This document shows, in pieces, positions 34,712-45,197 of a DNA stretch of 64,000 bases. The stretch is from the NCBI RefSeq assembly GCF_051874775.1, contig NZ_JBJEGE010000002.1, positions 1,697-65,696 on the forward strand, read 5' to 3'. The stretch's first letter is position 1, and every line of letters starts with the position of its first letter. A program made the position numbers and the translations under genes. This DNA is from Candidatus Avelusimicrobium sp. GTDB lineage: Bacteria > Elusimicrobiota > Elusimicrobia > Elusimicrobiales > Elusimicrobiaceae. Below the pieces are notes generated by a model, which saw nothing but the letters and a program-made list of their open reading frames with translations, had not been told where the DNA came from and did no database searches.

Positions 34712-35650
34712 TTAGCAGCTGCCTGCGGGAGCAGCGGCCTCTGCTTTAGAAGCATTGGGATTTAAAAAACCAAAGCCGTCAATTTTGGAAGCAGAGCCAA
34801 AATCCAACTGGACTTGACCTTCCCACAAGAAAGTAGGTGAAGCATTCACGCCGTACTCCTTACTGTATTTGGCTTCTTCTTTTAAAAGTTCTAAACCTTC
34901 AGTATCAAATTTTTTCATAATTTTTTTAGGATTGATGCCCGCCTGTTCCATTGCTTTATCCCAGCGGCTGGAACGGTAATCTTTATTACGGATTTCCAAG
35001 TATTTCCAGAATTTGGAAGGATAGTACTTGGCGATCAACAGCTGGCGGACGTTTTCTTCCCATTCGCCGGATCCGTGCAAACTGTTAAAACCTCTTTCGT
35101 CGGAATAATCCACGATATAGCGCACGCGGACTTCTTTATCTTTTGGGAAGTTACCAGCTTTTTGGGCTTCCACAACTAAGTTTTCAGCCATTGCACCGTA
35201 CGGGCATTGGGACATAACAAAAATTTCCATCACGTTCGGTTTAGCTGTTTTGCTGCTGTACACACCGCTACGGGTTTGTCGGGGCAAAATAATAAAGTCA
35301 TCATTTTCCTGCGCATAACCATATTCCAAGTGTTTTTCCAGTTTAGCGCGAACGTCTTTATTCTTTTTAATCAAATAAAGCGGTAAAAAACTGTAATCCA
35401 AGTTGGCAAGCTTCGGGTCCGCCGCCGCATCTTTATAGGACACGTTGGTAACAGACGGAGTCATATCCAAAAATTGGGCGATACCGGCAGTAAGCTGCGG
35501 ATCTTCTTTTCCAGCAGAGTAAACGTCGGACTCAACGATTACGAATTCAGCCTTCGCCTTAGCAGGCGTTTTGGCCGCTTTTTTAGCGGGAGCGGCAAAA
35601 GCCATACCCGCTACGGCTGCACAAAGCACTACGGAAACTATTTTTTTCAT
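34712..35650 (-). CDS. Exported thioredoxin-fold (DsbA-like) protein with monothiol CPYG motif
   Basis: Signal peptide; IFVMSQCPYGAMAE in the position of CxxC; GVNASPTFLWEGQ cis-Pro loop pattern; C-terminal ..PAGSC. Confidence 0.55.
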   Translation of the reverse strand: MKKIVSVVLCAAVAGMAFAAPAKKAAKTPAKAKAEFVIVESDVYSAGKEDPQLTAGIAQFLDMTPSVTNVSYKDAAADPKLANLDYSFLPLYLIKKNKDVRAKLEKHLEYGYAQENDDFIILPRQTRSGVYSSKTAKPNVMEIFVMSQCPYGAMAENLVVEAQKAGNFPKDKEVRVRYIVDYSDERGFNSLHGSGEWEENVRQLLIAKYYPSKFWKYLEIRNKDYRSSRWDKAMEQAGINPKKIMKKFDTEGLELLKEEAKYSKEYGVNASPTFLWEGQVQLDFGSASKIDGFGFLNPNASKAEAAAPAGSC

Positions 35651-35662
35651 TTGTTTTTCCCC

Positions 35663-35932
35663 TTATTTATCTTCTAATTCAACCCGTACGCCGCGGATGC
35701 CCACCGCGCACAGCAAGTTGTACGCCAGCAAGAAAAACACCGACGACACCAAAACGAGCAGCGTGCCTTGAATAGCGCGCATCACAAGCCCCATTACGTA
35801 AGCCATATTAATCGAGGCTTCCGGATTAAACACTTCCATAAACGCGCTGACCAACATTACCACAAAAACGGCCAACGGAAATACGGAAAACAGCAACGAC
35901 GAAATACCGATTTTTTTAATTTCTACTTTCAT
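35663..35932 (-). CDS. Small membrane protein (3 TM, 89 aa)
   Basis: Three hydrophobic segments. No family recognised. Confidence 0.5.
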   Translation of the reverse strand: MKVEIKKIGISSLLFSVFPLAVFVVMLVSAFMEVFNPEASINMAYVMGLVMRAIQGTLLVLVSSVFFLLAYNLLCAVGIRGVRVELEDK

Positions 35933-35955
35933 ATAATCTCCTAAATTTGCCGCCT

Positions 35956-37077
35956 TTATTTTTTGGAGTCTGATTCAGGCTCCAACACCAATACGATGCG
36001 GTTCTTGCCTGCGTCATCCGGCAACTGTACGGCTTTCACCAAAAATTGCACATCTTTATTAATCACGGAGCTACGCAGCACCTTGGTGGGATTTTCGAGT
36101 GCTTCGCCCACCACTTGGATAATTTCCTGCTGACGTCCGTCAAAAATATCCAACAAGTGCACCACATCTTTTCCTGGAACTTTAAGCTCAAAATTAGTAT
36201 ATAAGATGTTATTATTTTCGTCAATTACCATTGCGCGGGAACCTTTGGGCACGGTAACGGCCAAAATGGTTTTCCACCATTTTTGCTCTTTTTCAAGCGA
36301 CATCAGCTCCACATTCTCCAACCCTTTTATGTCCTCGCGGATTTTGGACAAAAGAGATTTAATGGAATCAGCCACATCGCCAATTTCATCTTTACGCTCA
36401 TTATACGAAAGAGACAAATTATTAAGTGATACGGCTTCAATGCTGTCTTTAAGCGCTTGCAAAGGACGCAAGATTTTAAGAAGCAGGAACAAATACAATA
36501 CCCCGCCGATCAGCACCACCATAATAAACGCGCCAAACACATAACGCACCATAGAGGAGTGAATCAGCTTCTTGGCGTTTGCGCGCGAAACGGTTACATT
36601 TACCACACCGGCAACCATATTGTCTTTCGCCAACAACGGAATAGCCATATCATAGGAGTTGCCGTCCTGCGTCAAAATGGCACGGGGCAAACGATCCCGA
36701 ATTGCCTGTACGACGGCATTAGTTTCAAAACCGACGGAATTATTATAATCCGTGTACGGCATACGCAAAAACTTGGTGTTTTCGTGCCATCGGATGGAAC
36801 CGTCATAGTTTAAATAGATAAGGCTGGAAATACGGTCGTCGTTGCGGGCCATACCTTTCATAATTTCGGCTTCCACGAACGGCGCTTCGCCTTTGGGGCG
36901 GGCCGCCAAGCCCTGTACTAAAGACGGGGCGCGGAAACGCACCATTTCCACCATTTCGTTTTGGAGTTTTTTATCAAACACGAATTTGAACAAATTGTAA
37001 TAGAACAGGCCGCCGATAACGGAGGCGTATACCGTTACCAAAACAAACCATAAAATCCATTTAGATGTCAGTTTCAT
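35956..37077 (-). CDS. HAMP-domain sensor-like membrane protein without recognisable output domain
   Basis: TM1, a ~150-aa periplasmic domain, TM2, HAMP (LKILRPLQALKDSIEAVSLNNLSLSYNERKDEIGDVADSIKSLL), and a ~130-aa C-terminal domain with no kinase or MCP motifs. Confidence 0.65.
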   Translation of the reverse strand: MKLTSKWILWFVLVTVYASVIGGLFYYNLFKFVFDKKLQNEMVEMVRFRAPSLVQGLAARPKGEAPFVEAEIMKGMARNDDRISSLIYLNYDGSIRWHENTKFLRMPYTDYNNSVGFETNAVVQAIRDRLPRAILTQDGNSYDMAIPLLAKDNMVAGVVNVTVSRANAKKLIHSSMVRYVFGAFIMVVLIGGVLYLFLLLKILRPLQALKDSIEAVSLNNLSLSYNERKDEIGDVADSIKSLLSKIREDIKGLENVELMSLEKEQKWWKTILAVTVPKGSRAMVIDENNNILYTNFELKVPGKDVVHLLDIFDGRQQEIIQVVGEALENPTKVLRSSVINKDVQFLVKAVQLPDDAGKNRIVLVLEPESDSKK

Positions 37078-37092
37078 TTCGTTTTAACCTCG

Positions 37093-38547
37093 TTATTTCA
37101 TCAACTCTTCCACTTTACGGAGCCCCAAATCGGCGTCGCTGTTGCCAGGGTCAAGCTGTTTGGCCACAATCCACGCGGCGCGGGCCCGTTCGTAATCGTC
37201 TTGGTTAAAAGCGTCCAACCCTTCAATATATTTTGCGCGGGAAGCGGCACTGGCTTCCGCCGACACACGGCTTGTGGTGCCGCCCAAGGTAGGCAGCGTT
37301 TCGTTCGGATCAAGCGGGTTTCCGGAAGCAGACATACCGCCGGAAGCGGTACCTTTCCCGTTCGGGCTCAAAGGACCGCCGTTAAACCCCGGGATAGGAT
37401 TTTCTTCGACTGTCACCGTTTCAAGCGGGTCATCGTCTTCCATATCGTCGCCGTTTTGGGCTGCTTCGGCTTTTTTAGCAGCTTCCTCCGCCTGTTGTTT
37501 GGCCTCTTGGGCCTTCTGTTCAGCCTCAATAGCCTGTTCTTTCTGTATGCGCAGGTGATTTTCTTTCGCATTACGGGCGCGTTTAATTAGTCCGTCCATC
37601 GAAGCGGAATCCGCTCCCCATTTCTTAGCGTTCGTCCAGTATGAAATAGCTTGGTCAAAGCGGCTGGCATTATACGATTTGTTTCCCGCATTGTAATATC
37701 CAGCGGCAATTTCGTTTTTTAACTGGGACATATATTTCTGTACGCGCGGATCACCGGGCTGGATTTTCGTAATGCGTTCAAACACGGCATACGATTCCAC
37801 ATACTGGCCTTTGTTATAAAAATCCAAAGCCTGTTTCATCGATTCTTCCACCTGCTGTTTACGCAGTTTGTTTTCTGTTTCCGCAATTTTGGAAACCAAT
37901 TTAGAATCTTCCTTACGCATTAAAAGGGAATTGTACCACGCGTCAAGCGCGGCCTGATAATCACCTTTTTCGTAAGCCACGTCTCCGCGGCGGGCGTATT
38001 CTTTGGCGATATCATAATCAATTTTGCGTTTCCACGCAGCTGCTTTGGAGTTAGAGGGCTGAATGGTTAAAATTTCATTTAATTTATCATTCGCTTCCAC
38101 CAAGCGTCCGCTATCGTATAAGCGGATAGTTTCTTGAAATTTGGCTTCTATTACCTGCGCCTCGGAAATCGTGCCGTACGTTCCCATATGCTGAGCTTGT
38201 TTGGCCAACGTTTGGGCCTGCTTAAAATTGGGATCGATGCTGAGAATGGTTTGAGCCATTTCCTGCGCGCGCTGATAGTCGCCGTGTTTATAGAGGATGT
38301 AAGCATTCTCGTACACCATACGCAACGTATAGTTTTGGATACGTTGTTTTTCCAGTTGAACGGTGGACAAATACTGTTTCTTTTCTTCCACGTCGTTTAA
38401 GGTACCCATAGAAATTTTGCTTAAGTCCAGCAGCATTCCCTCTTCTTTACCGTGCTGGCGGGTGGGAACCTCACCGCGAAATGCGGCTGCGCCTAAAAAG
38501 GACGGAGCCAATGATAAAACTAACGCCCAAATATAATATTTTTTCAT
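37093..38547 (-). CDS. Exported TPR protein (TadD-like position)
   Basis: Signal peptide. TPR units at the N- and C-termini, separated by a charged coiled-coil and a Gly/Ser/Pro-rich insert. Confidence 0.7.
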   Translation of the reverse strand: MKKYYIWALVLSLAPSFLGAAAFRGEVPTRQHGKEEGMLLDLSKISMGTLNDVEEKKQYLSTVQLEKQRIQNYTLRMVYENAYILYKHGDYQRAQEMAQTILSIDPNFKQAQTLAKQAQHMGTYGTISEAQVIEAKFQETIRLYDSGRLVEANDKLNEILTIQPSNSKAAAWKRKIDYDIAKEYARRGDVAYEKGDYQAALDAWYNSLLMRKEDSKLVSKIAETENKLRKQQVEESMKQALDFYNKGQYVESYAVFERITKIQPGDPRVQKYMSQLKNEIAAGYYNAGNKSYNASRFDQAISYWTNAKKWGADSASMDGLIKRARNAKENHLRIQKEQAIEAEQKAQEAKQQAEEAAKKAEAAQNGDDMEDDDPLETVTVEENPIPGFNGGPLSPNGKGTASGGMSASGNPLDPNETLPTLGGTTSRVSAEASAASRAKYIEGLDAFNQDDYERARAAWIVAKQLDPGNSDADLGLRKVEELMK

Positions 38548-38557
38548 ACACTATCCT

Positions 38558-39448
38558 CTAAAATCCCATACCGCCGTTGACAAGACCCATCACCATCGGC
38601 GCTAAAATTAAAATAAAAATCGTCGGAAAGATGAACATAAAAAGCGGAAACAACATCTTTGTGGATGCCTGCGCCGCCAATTTTTCCGCTCGAGACAAAC
38701 GGCGCGAACGCAAATCTGACGAAAAATTGCGCAGCAAATCCACCAAGCTGGTACCCAACTCGTCCGACTGAATAATCAGCCCTACCAAAGAACGCACTTC
38801 TTGCACCCCCGTGCGGGCGGAAAACCGCTCTAATGCTTCACGGCGGGAGTAACCCAACTTAATTTCGTTAATCGTTTTTTCTAATTCTTCTTCCAAAATC
38901 GTTTTCTCTTTCGCGATTTTGATGATTCTTTCAAAAGCGGTTAAATAATCCAAACCGGATTCAATAATTAAGGCTGCCAAGTCCACCGTGGTAGAGAAGT
39001 TGCCTAAAATTTCCGCCTGACGCTGCTGGATTTTGCTTTTAAGCAGCACATCCGGCACATAAAAACAAAGCGGAACAAGTATTACCGGCCAAATCGACTG
39101 GAAAAGAAGCATCATTGCCGCCGGAATTGCCATCGACGCGATAATTTTAGTATATAAAATATCGACGGGCTGCGGCTTGTCCGGACTGCCCAAAAGCATA
39201 TGCATTTCTTCCAAACTGGACTCTAAATGAAAAGTATGCAGACAGAAAACGGCCACGCGGTCCAAAAATTTTTCTTCCGGTTTTAAGCGCGAGAAACTGG
39301 AAGTAGACTTAAAACGGCGAACGTCTACGTCCATTAAATTATCTTTTTTCTCTTTAGGGGCAAAAAGACCAAACACGGTCAAAAACACCGCGAACATACC
39401 CACAGACAACAGAACTTTAAGCCCTAATGTAAATACCAAGCTGTCCAT
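38558..39448 (-). CDS. tadC: Flp pilus assembly platform protein TadC (T2SS-F domain)
   Basis: ..ILGNFSTTVDLAALIIESGLDYLTAFERI..LGYSRREALERFSARTG..LGTSLVDLLRNFSSDLRSRR.. flanked by TM helices. Confidence 0.85.
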   Translation of the reverse strand: MDSLVFTLGLKVLLSVGMFAVFLTVFGLFAPKEKKDNLMDVDVRRFKSTSSFSRLKPEEKFLDRVAVFCLHTFHLESSLEEMHMLLGSPDKPQPVDILYTKIIASMAIPAAMMLLFQSIWPVILVPLCFYVPDVLLKSKIQQRQAEILGNFSTTVDLAALIIESGLDYLTAFERIIKIAKEKTILEEELEKTINEIKLGYSRREALERFSARTGVQEVRSLVGLIIQSDELGTSLVDLLRNFSSDLRSRRLSRAEKLAAQASTKMLFPLFMFIFPTIFILILAPMVMGLVNGGMGF

Positions 39449-41076
39449 TATACCCGCACCTCACCCATTTTCTTAAGCACTTTCATACCGATGCCAATCC
39501 AAATGATGCAGAATAAGAATACAAAAATCCCCACCGGACTCGTATAGAAGCCAATCATTTGGGAAGGGTTGAAAATAAACATAACGAGCATCATTACAAA
39601 CGGCATAATACTGACAACAATGGACTGGATTTTTTGCTGTGCCGTCATCGCCTGTAATTTTTCTTCCAACTTACTTTCTTCGCGGATATTTTCCACCAAA
39701 CGCGAGAAAATTACCGTTAAGTTACCGCCCACCTGACGCTGAATGATAATTGCCTTAATAATATAAGCAAGCATACGGCTGTCTACGCGGTCGGTCAAAC
39801 CGTCCAAGGCTTTCTCAAACGGTGTACCCAACTGATAGTTTTTAACCACCAGCCCAAATTCGTCAGCGATAGGCGGAAGCATATCTTTGGACACCAGTTC
39901 AAATCCTTGCACAATATCCATACCCGAACGCAACGAGTTGGAAAGCAAAATCAGCGAGTCCATTAACTGCGCATTCACGCGTTTGCCGCGGCTTTTTTTC
40001 AGCGCATCCAACACCGCCGCCGGCATACGGATACTGATCACCCCGCCCGCAAACAACACAAGTAAAAAGACGAACACCCCGCCAAACCCGCCTACCATTA
40101 TTCCCAGCAAAAGCCCCATCACGGAAAAAACGCCAATAGTACCAAATACAATGTATTTAATATCAATGGTAACAAACTGACGGTTAAAATCTTCCGCCCA
40201 AACAAGGCTTTTCTCTTTATACTCCGCCATTAAACGTAAAATATTTTCACGGCGGTTTTCCAGTAAAAGATAGACAGCAAAACCCGCCAACGCTGACCCC
40301 AATAGCAGCATAAACAGACTGTACGCACGGTCTGCACGGGTAGTGGCAAAAATTTTCGGATCCGGCGGATTAGCAGGAATGGCAGAACCCATAAACTGGG
40401 AAAATAAGTGATTAGACAAAATAACCACAGCCATCACGGATTTACGGTATTTGTCCTCCCTTTGGGAAACGGGACTGGAAAAGGATTCAATCGTACTGAA
40501 AAACTCGTTATTAATCAGCTCAAACGTAGAAAGCATAGAACGCGCACGTCCGTCCATACTGTCTTTCATAATAAGAAGCTGGTTATTGCGCAGCAAATCT
40601 TTGTTCAGACGGTCCAAGGTAGCCACCAAACGGATACGGTCTGATACAAACCCGCGGGAAAGCTGGTCAAGCACCAACGGAATATTCGGGTCCAACGACT
40701 TATCGGCCCGTTCCAAGAAGAAATATACGTTTGAAAACGCCTGCCGCCACAAATCCACTTCACTGTAGGTTCCTTCGCCGGGAACATATACTACTTTGGT
40801 ATTTTCCATACGCGGGAGTTCTTTGTCAAACCACTCCGGCATCGCAATCTTACGCGGCTTACCACCGCTGCACTCGGCGGGGAGTTCGTATGTTTTTTCG
40901 GAAGTGGACTTTTTGACGTCAAAAAATTCCGCCAGAATACGCATTTTCTCCATAGAACAATGGATTTTTGTACGGTCTTTGGTACTGAGCGAACGGGCCT
41001 GCGCGTCCGCCGGCGTAAACAGCGGCGCAATGCACAGTAACACACTCCATATCCAAACGTACATTTTTTTCATCAT
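39448..41076 (-). CDS. tadB: Flp pilus assembly platform protein TadB-like (T2SS-F domain) with long N-terminal periplasmic extension
   Basis: C-terminal half: ..LMDSLILLSNSLRSGMDIVQGFELVS..LGTPFEKALDGLTDRV..QRQVGGNLTVIFSRLVENIRE... Start MMKKMYVWIW has a GGAAGGG RBS. Confidence 0.8.
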   Translation of the reverse strand: MMKKMYVWIWSVLLCIAPLFTPADAQARSLSTKDRTKIHCSMEKMRILAEFFDVKKSTSEKTYELPAECSGGKPRKIAMPEWFDKELPRMENTKVVYVPGEGTYSEVDLWRQAFSNVYFFLERADKSLDPNIPLVLDQLSRGFVSDRIRLVATLDRLNKDLLRNNQLLIMKDSMDGRARSMLSTFELINNEFFSTIESFSSPVSQREDKYRKSVMAVVILSNHLFSQFMGSAIPANPPDPKIFATTRADRAYSLFMLLLGSALAGFAVYLLLENRRENILRLMAEYKEKSLVWAEDFNRQFVTIDIKYIVFGTIGVFSVMGLLLGIMVGGFGGVFVFLLVLFAGGVISIRMPAAVLDALKKSRGKRVNAQLMDSLILLSNSLRSGMDIVQGFELVSKDMLPPIADEFGLVVKNYQLGTPFEKALDGLTDRVDSRMLAYIIKAIIIQRQVGGNLTVIFSRLVENIREESKLEEKLQAMTAQQKIQSIVVSIMPFVMMLVMFIFNPSQMIGFYTSPVGIFVFLFCIIWIGIGMKVLKKMGEVRV

Positions 41077-41111
41077 ATATAAAACCCTTCCGTTAAATTT
41101 ACGGCAACCCA

Positions 41112-43634
41112 TTATGCCTGCGGCGGAGCCGGAGGAATACTTCCTTGCGGGGATTGCGACGTTTTAGGTACAGCCGGAGCCTGTGGAGGCAGCGTACGCT
41201 GTGCAGACGGTGCATTTTGTACCTCTGCCGATTTTTCCGGAGCGGACGGCGCCGCGGGCGCTGTGACAGATGCCGGAGCGCTTGGTGCGACAGGCTGTGC
41301 TGCCGCTGCGGCGGGAGCTGTCGGCACATTCCGTACAGGCGCACTCTGTGCGGCCTTGGATTGCATAGAAACCACCAGTTTTCTGATGGCTTCGCGGTCC
41401 GGATCACCATTTTCATCCAACGGAACCGCATTTTTACGGAAAACATCTTCTGCTACCGGCTGGCCTTTAGCGGCAAACTCTTCATAAAACGTAGGCAAAT
41501 TGCCTGTAGGAGCGAATAGCCCCTGTACTTTGCCGTTTTCGTCCACACCCGTCTGCACATAGCGGAACAAATCTGTGGACTGGATTTCGCCGTCTTTCTG
41601 TCCGTGCATTTCAGTAATATAAGTTACCTTTCTGGAACCGTCTGAAAAACGGGAGAGCTGCACAATCATATTGACAGCGGAAGAAATCATTTCGCGGATA
41701 GCGAAAATCGGTAAATCGGCACCCGTCTGCATACACATTGCTTCCAAACGGGATAAACCGTCGCGCGGAGTGTTGGCGTGAATGGTGGTCAGCGAACCTT
41801 CGTGACCGGTGTTCATTGCCTGTAACATATCAAGCGCTTCGCCGCCGCGGCACTCCCCGACCACAATACGGTCGGGACGCATACGCAAGCAGTTTTTTAC
41901 CAAATCCTGAATGGTAACGGCACCTTTTCCTTCCACGTTTGGCGGACGGCTTTCCAAAGACACCCAGTGCGGCTGCTGGAGACGCAACTCTGCAGTATCT
42001 TCCACGGTAATAATACGTTCATCGTTGGAAATATAACCGGAAATCGCGTTTAAGAACGTGGTTTTACCTGTACCCGTACCCCCGCAAACAATAATATTTT
42101 TGCGGATTTTCACACATTTTTTAATAAACTCCATACATTCCGGACTAATCGTACCAAAGCGGTAATAATCTTCCGGACCAAACGGCTTGGATGAGAATCG
42201 GCGGATGGTAAGCGTCGGCCCCGATACGGCCAAAGGTGCAATAATGGCGTTTACACGGGAGCCGTCTTTCAAACGTGCGTCTACCAGCGGCACGGATTCG
42301 TCAATACGGCGGCCCAGCGGCGCCACAATACGTTTAATGACCTGCACTACCTGTTCGTTATTTCTAAATTTGTATTTGGTTAAGGTTAACTTACCTTTTT
42401 GTTCGATAAAAATCTTATCAAAGGCGTTAACCATAATTTCGGTAACGGCCGAATCGCGCATCAGCACTTCCAACGGACCCAAACCTAAAATTTCGTCGAG
42501 CAGTTCCGAAGTAAAACGCGTGCGCTGGTCGCGCGAGAACTGAAGGTTAGGCTGCTTCTGTAAAATATCGTCTACAATAGCGGCCACGCGTTTTCGGGTC
42601 TGTTCGCTGGCGGAGCTTTCTTCGCTAATAACGATATGTTCGATTTCCAAGGTATGCACAACCTCTTTGTGCACTTTTTGTTTCAAATCGTCCCAAAAAG
42701 ACAACTTGGCGCTGTTGGTTTCTTCGCCCTCGTTGGCAATGTGGCTTTGCGCGGAACCGGCCCCCTTACCGTCGTCAAACAATACGGGTGACCAAATTTC
42801 TTTGGATGCTTGGGCAAATTCTTCATCCGATACCGAAGCTACCCAGTCTTTAGGAGCCGGTTTCAAATCGCGAATTTTGGCCAAAACAAGGCGAAGGCCT
42901 TTTACCCATTCAGACTGTGGGTTCGTGACAATTTCCACCTCGCGGCGGTTAGATGTCGCCATAACATCAGCATCCCACGGCAGAAATACATCCACTTCGC
43001 GTCCCAGATGGGAATAGAATCGTTCCATTTCTTCGTAAGGAATGGATCCGGGCATATCGTATCCGTTACAAATCACACTGACGCGGTCCATCGGATAGCG
43101 TTGTTCTTTATAATCATTAAACAATTGGACGGTGGAGTTAATATGCGTGCGAGTGGCATTGGAAACCCAAAACATTTTGTCGGCAATATCAAACGCAAAT
43201 GCCTGCATCGGGAAAGAAGAATCTACATCCAAAAAGATATCAAACGTCTGTGCCAAACGGGACAAAATGGGAATTAGAATTTTTGGGCTGATAGAGGCCG
43301 CCTGCGCACGCGTATTACCCAGAGGAAGCAAACCTACCCCCCACTGAGACATAGAAATCTTTCCGCGCAAAAGACCACCAACTACAGCAATGGATGTATT
43401 ACCCAACACTTTTAACAAATCCGCCACGCTGACGGGTTTGGCAATATCCAAATAAAAGCTGTGTTCCTGACGTGCAAGCGGATCGAGCGGCACAATAAGT
43501 ACCGGACGTTTTTGAATACCCGCCCAGCCTAAAGCCAAGTTCAGTACCAGCGTTGTGCGCCCTGCGCCTTCTTTCGGACCGGCGAATGCAATAATTTTTG
43601 CGTCGGATTGTTGGGATTCAAACTCTTCTGCCAT
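41112..43634 (-). CDS. cpaF: Fusion of TadZ/CpaE-like ParA-fold domain with CpaF/TadA secretion ATPase, plus Pro/Ala-rich tail (840 aa)
   Basis: N-terminus [21 protein letters not shown] (deviant Walker A). C-terminal half has Walker [16 protein letters not shown], Asp box [12 protein letters not shown], Walker [16 protein letters not shown], His box [13 protein letters not shown]. Last ~90 aa are P/A/S-rich. Confidence 0.9.
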   Translation of the reverse strand: MAEEFESQQSDAKIIAFAGPKEGAGRTTLVLNLALGWAGIQKRPVLIVPLDPLARQEHSFYLDIAKPVSVADLLKVLGNTSIAVVGGLLRGKISMSQWGVGLLPLGNTRAQAASISPKILIPILSRLAQTFDIFLDVDSSFPMQAFAFDIADKMFWVSNATRTHINSTVQLFNDYKEQRYPMDRVSVICNGYDMPGSIPYEEMERFYSHLGREVDVFLPWDADVMATSNRREVEIVTNPQSEWVKGLRLVLAKIRDLKPAPKDWVASVSDEEFAQASKEIWSPVLFDDGKGAGSAQSHIANEGEETNSAKLSFWDDLKQKVHKEVVHTLEIEHIVISEESSASEQTRKRVAAIVDDILQKQPNLQFSRDQRTRFTSELLDEILGLGPLEVLMRDSAVTEIMVNAFDKIFIEQKGKLTLTKYKFRNNEQVVQVIKRIVAPLGRRIDESVPLVDARLKDGSRVNAIIAPLAVSGPTLTIRRFSSKPFGPEDYYRFGTISPECMEFIKKCVKIRKNIIVCGGTGTGKTTFLNAISGYISNDERIITVEDTAELRLQQPHWVSLESRPPNVEGKGAVTIQDLVKNCLRMRPDRIVVGECRGGEALDMLQAMNTGHEGSLTTIHANTPRDGLSRLEAMCMQTGADLPIFAIREMISSAVNMIVQLSRFSDGSRKVTYITEMHGQKDGEIQSTDLFRYVQTGVDENGKVQGLFAPTGNLPTFYEEFAAKGQPVAEDVFRKNAVPLDENGDPDREAIRKLVVSMQSKAAQSAPVRNVPTAPAAAAAQPVAPSAPASVTAPAAPSAPEKSAEVQNAPSAQRTLPPQAPAVPKTSQSPQGSIPPAPPQA

Positions 43635-43641
43635 AAAATGT

Positions 43642-44388
43642 TTACTCTACGATTTCGACTGTAATGAACAGGAAGAGCGAACGCTGCTCTTCGGTCACGT
43701 CTTTACTCTTAAACAACAAGCCGATAAGCGGCAAACGGCCTAAGAACGGCACGCGGTCTTCGGACACGTTGCGCGCGCTGCTTTTCAGCCCGCCAATGAC
43801 CAAAGTTTCGCCGCTATTGATTTCCACGTGAGTTTCCACATCACGGTTAGTAAAAGACGGCGCAGTCGCCGTACCGATAACTACGGTTCTGGAATAGTCC
43901 ACCGTAGATACGGACAGCTGAACTTGCAAATCGATAATGTTATTGCGTTCCGGAATAATCGTCGGAAGCACGTTAAGCAAAATACCGTATTCTTCCAACT
44001 GGGAACCAACGCCTTGGTTATTTACAATCGGTATTGGAATTTTACCGCCGACCGTAATTTTCGCACTGTTACCGGAAGAAGTAACAATCTTGGGGTTGGA
44101 CAAAACCTGCGCGCGGCCTTCCGTTTCCATCAATCGCAAACGTGTGGTAACGGCTGTTTTGCGTTCAAACTCGCCCAAAGACAGAATCCCGGGAATAGTG
44201 GCTTCTTCAAAATCAAACAACTGGTTCCAAGAAAACCCTTTTACGCTTTGCATCGTACCGCTGATTTCCACTACATCGGCGCTGACGGCAACCAAGCGCG
44301 TTTTTTTGGCGTGCAAATCAGCCGGTGCTAACAGCCCGAGCAGCAATACCGCAAGTGACAACTTCGTAATGAATTTTGTATTGGTCAT
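43642..44388 (-). CDS. cpaC: Secretin (CpaC/RcpA-like), unusually short (248 aa)
   Basis: Signal peptide. Secretin core: VLSNPKIVTSSGNSAKITVGGKIPIP...SGETLVIGGLKS...VPFLGRLPLIGLLFKS. Confidence 0.85.
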   Translation of the reverse strand: MTNTKFITKLSLAVLLLGLLAPADLHAKKTRLVAVSADVVEISGTMQSVKGFSWNQLFDFEEATIPGILSLGEFERKTAVTTRLRLMETEGRAQVLSNPKIVTSSGNSAKITVGGKIPIPIVNNQGVGSQLEEYGILLNVLPTIIPERNNIIDLQVQLSVSTVDYSRTVVIGTATAPSFTNRDVETHVEINSGETLVIGGLKSSARNVSEDRVPFLGRLPLIGLLFKSKDVTEEQRSLFLFITVEIVE

Positions 44389-44402
44389 AATTTATTCCGT
44401 TG

Positions 44403-45158
44403 TTAATTGTTAAATAATTTATCGAATGTAGCAATTTCCATCAAATAGTTGGTTACATCGCCGTGAGAACGCAAGATGACGGAAATCTCGCCCTCGGCTT
44501 GGGCAAGCGCTAAATATTGCGCATCGCGCGGAGACAGCGAAAGCGAAAGCACAGAATTATCCGAATATGCAGCAGCATCCTCTTCTTTGTTTTTCATTGC
44601 CGCGGCGGTACGGGCATCAAGCCCTTGACCTAAGTCGGATCCTACGCCCAACACTTTTACGTTCTGCAGTAGCGTCACGGCCACTTTTTGGCGCGAACCG
44701 TTTTTCATCGTTGCTTCAAAGGTCAAAAGCACATCGACGTTGTCATCGGGTTTAATCATACTGGCGGTAGTAATGGGTACACTGATAACATAACCTCTCA
44801 TCTGCACCGGAATTTTGCTAGACAAGCCGGCCTCGGGAGACAGCGAGGTTATGGCGTACTTAGAAATCTGGTTGCCTTTGGGAATCTGAATGCGCGCCAC
44901 AGCATTTTCAATGGCTTTAAAGTCAGCGGCGGTAGAATACGTAAACGCGTCTTTCTGCAAATACGCGGCCGGTATCGGAACAGTTTTAAGAACATCGCGT
45001 TTAATCACTTCGCGTTCTTTAATGTCACGCACGGGTACAAATACTTGTTGGATATTTTTGGAAGCGTTCAGCTTCTTCTCCGCGCTACTGACAATCATCG
45101 CATATACGATGGCCGCTAAAAGTGCCACTACAAACGGCAGGAAAATTCCTTTTTTCAT
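44403..45158 (-). CDS. cpaB: Flp pilus assembly protein CpaB/RcpC
   Basis: N-terminal TM, SAF-like VFVPVRDIKEREVIKRDVL, then a beta-clip region. Position between tadE and the secretin. Confidence 0.8.
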   Translation of the reverse strand: MKKGIFLPFVVALLAAIVYAMIVSSAEKKLNASKNIQQVFVPVRDIKEREVIKRDVLKTVPIPAAYLQKDAFTYSTAADFKAIENAVARIQIPKGNQISKYAITSLSPEAGLSSKIPVQMRGYVISVPITTASMIKPDDNVDVLLTFEATMKNGSRQKVAVTLLQNVKVLGVGSDLGQGLDARTAAAMKNKEEDAAAYSDNSVLSLSLSPRDAQYLALAQAEGEISVILRSHGDVTNYLMEIATFDKLFNN

Positions 45159-45197
45159 TTTGTCTCCTTAAACAACTGTTAAATTAACAATTCAAAT

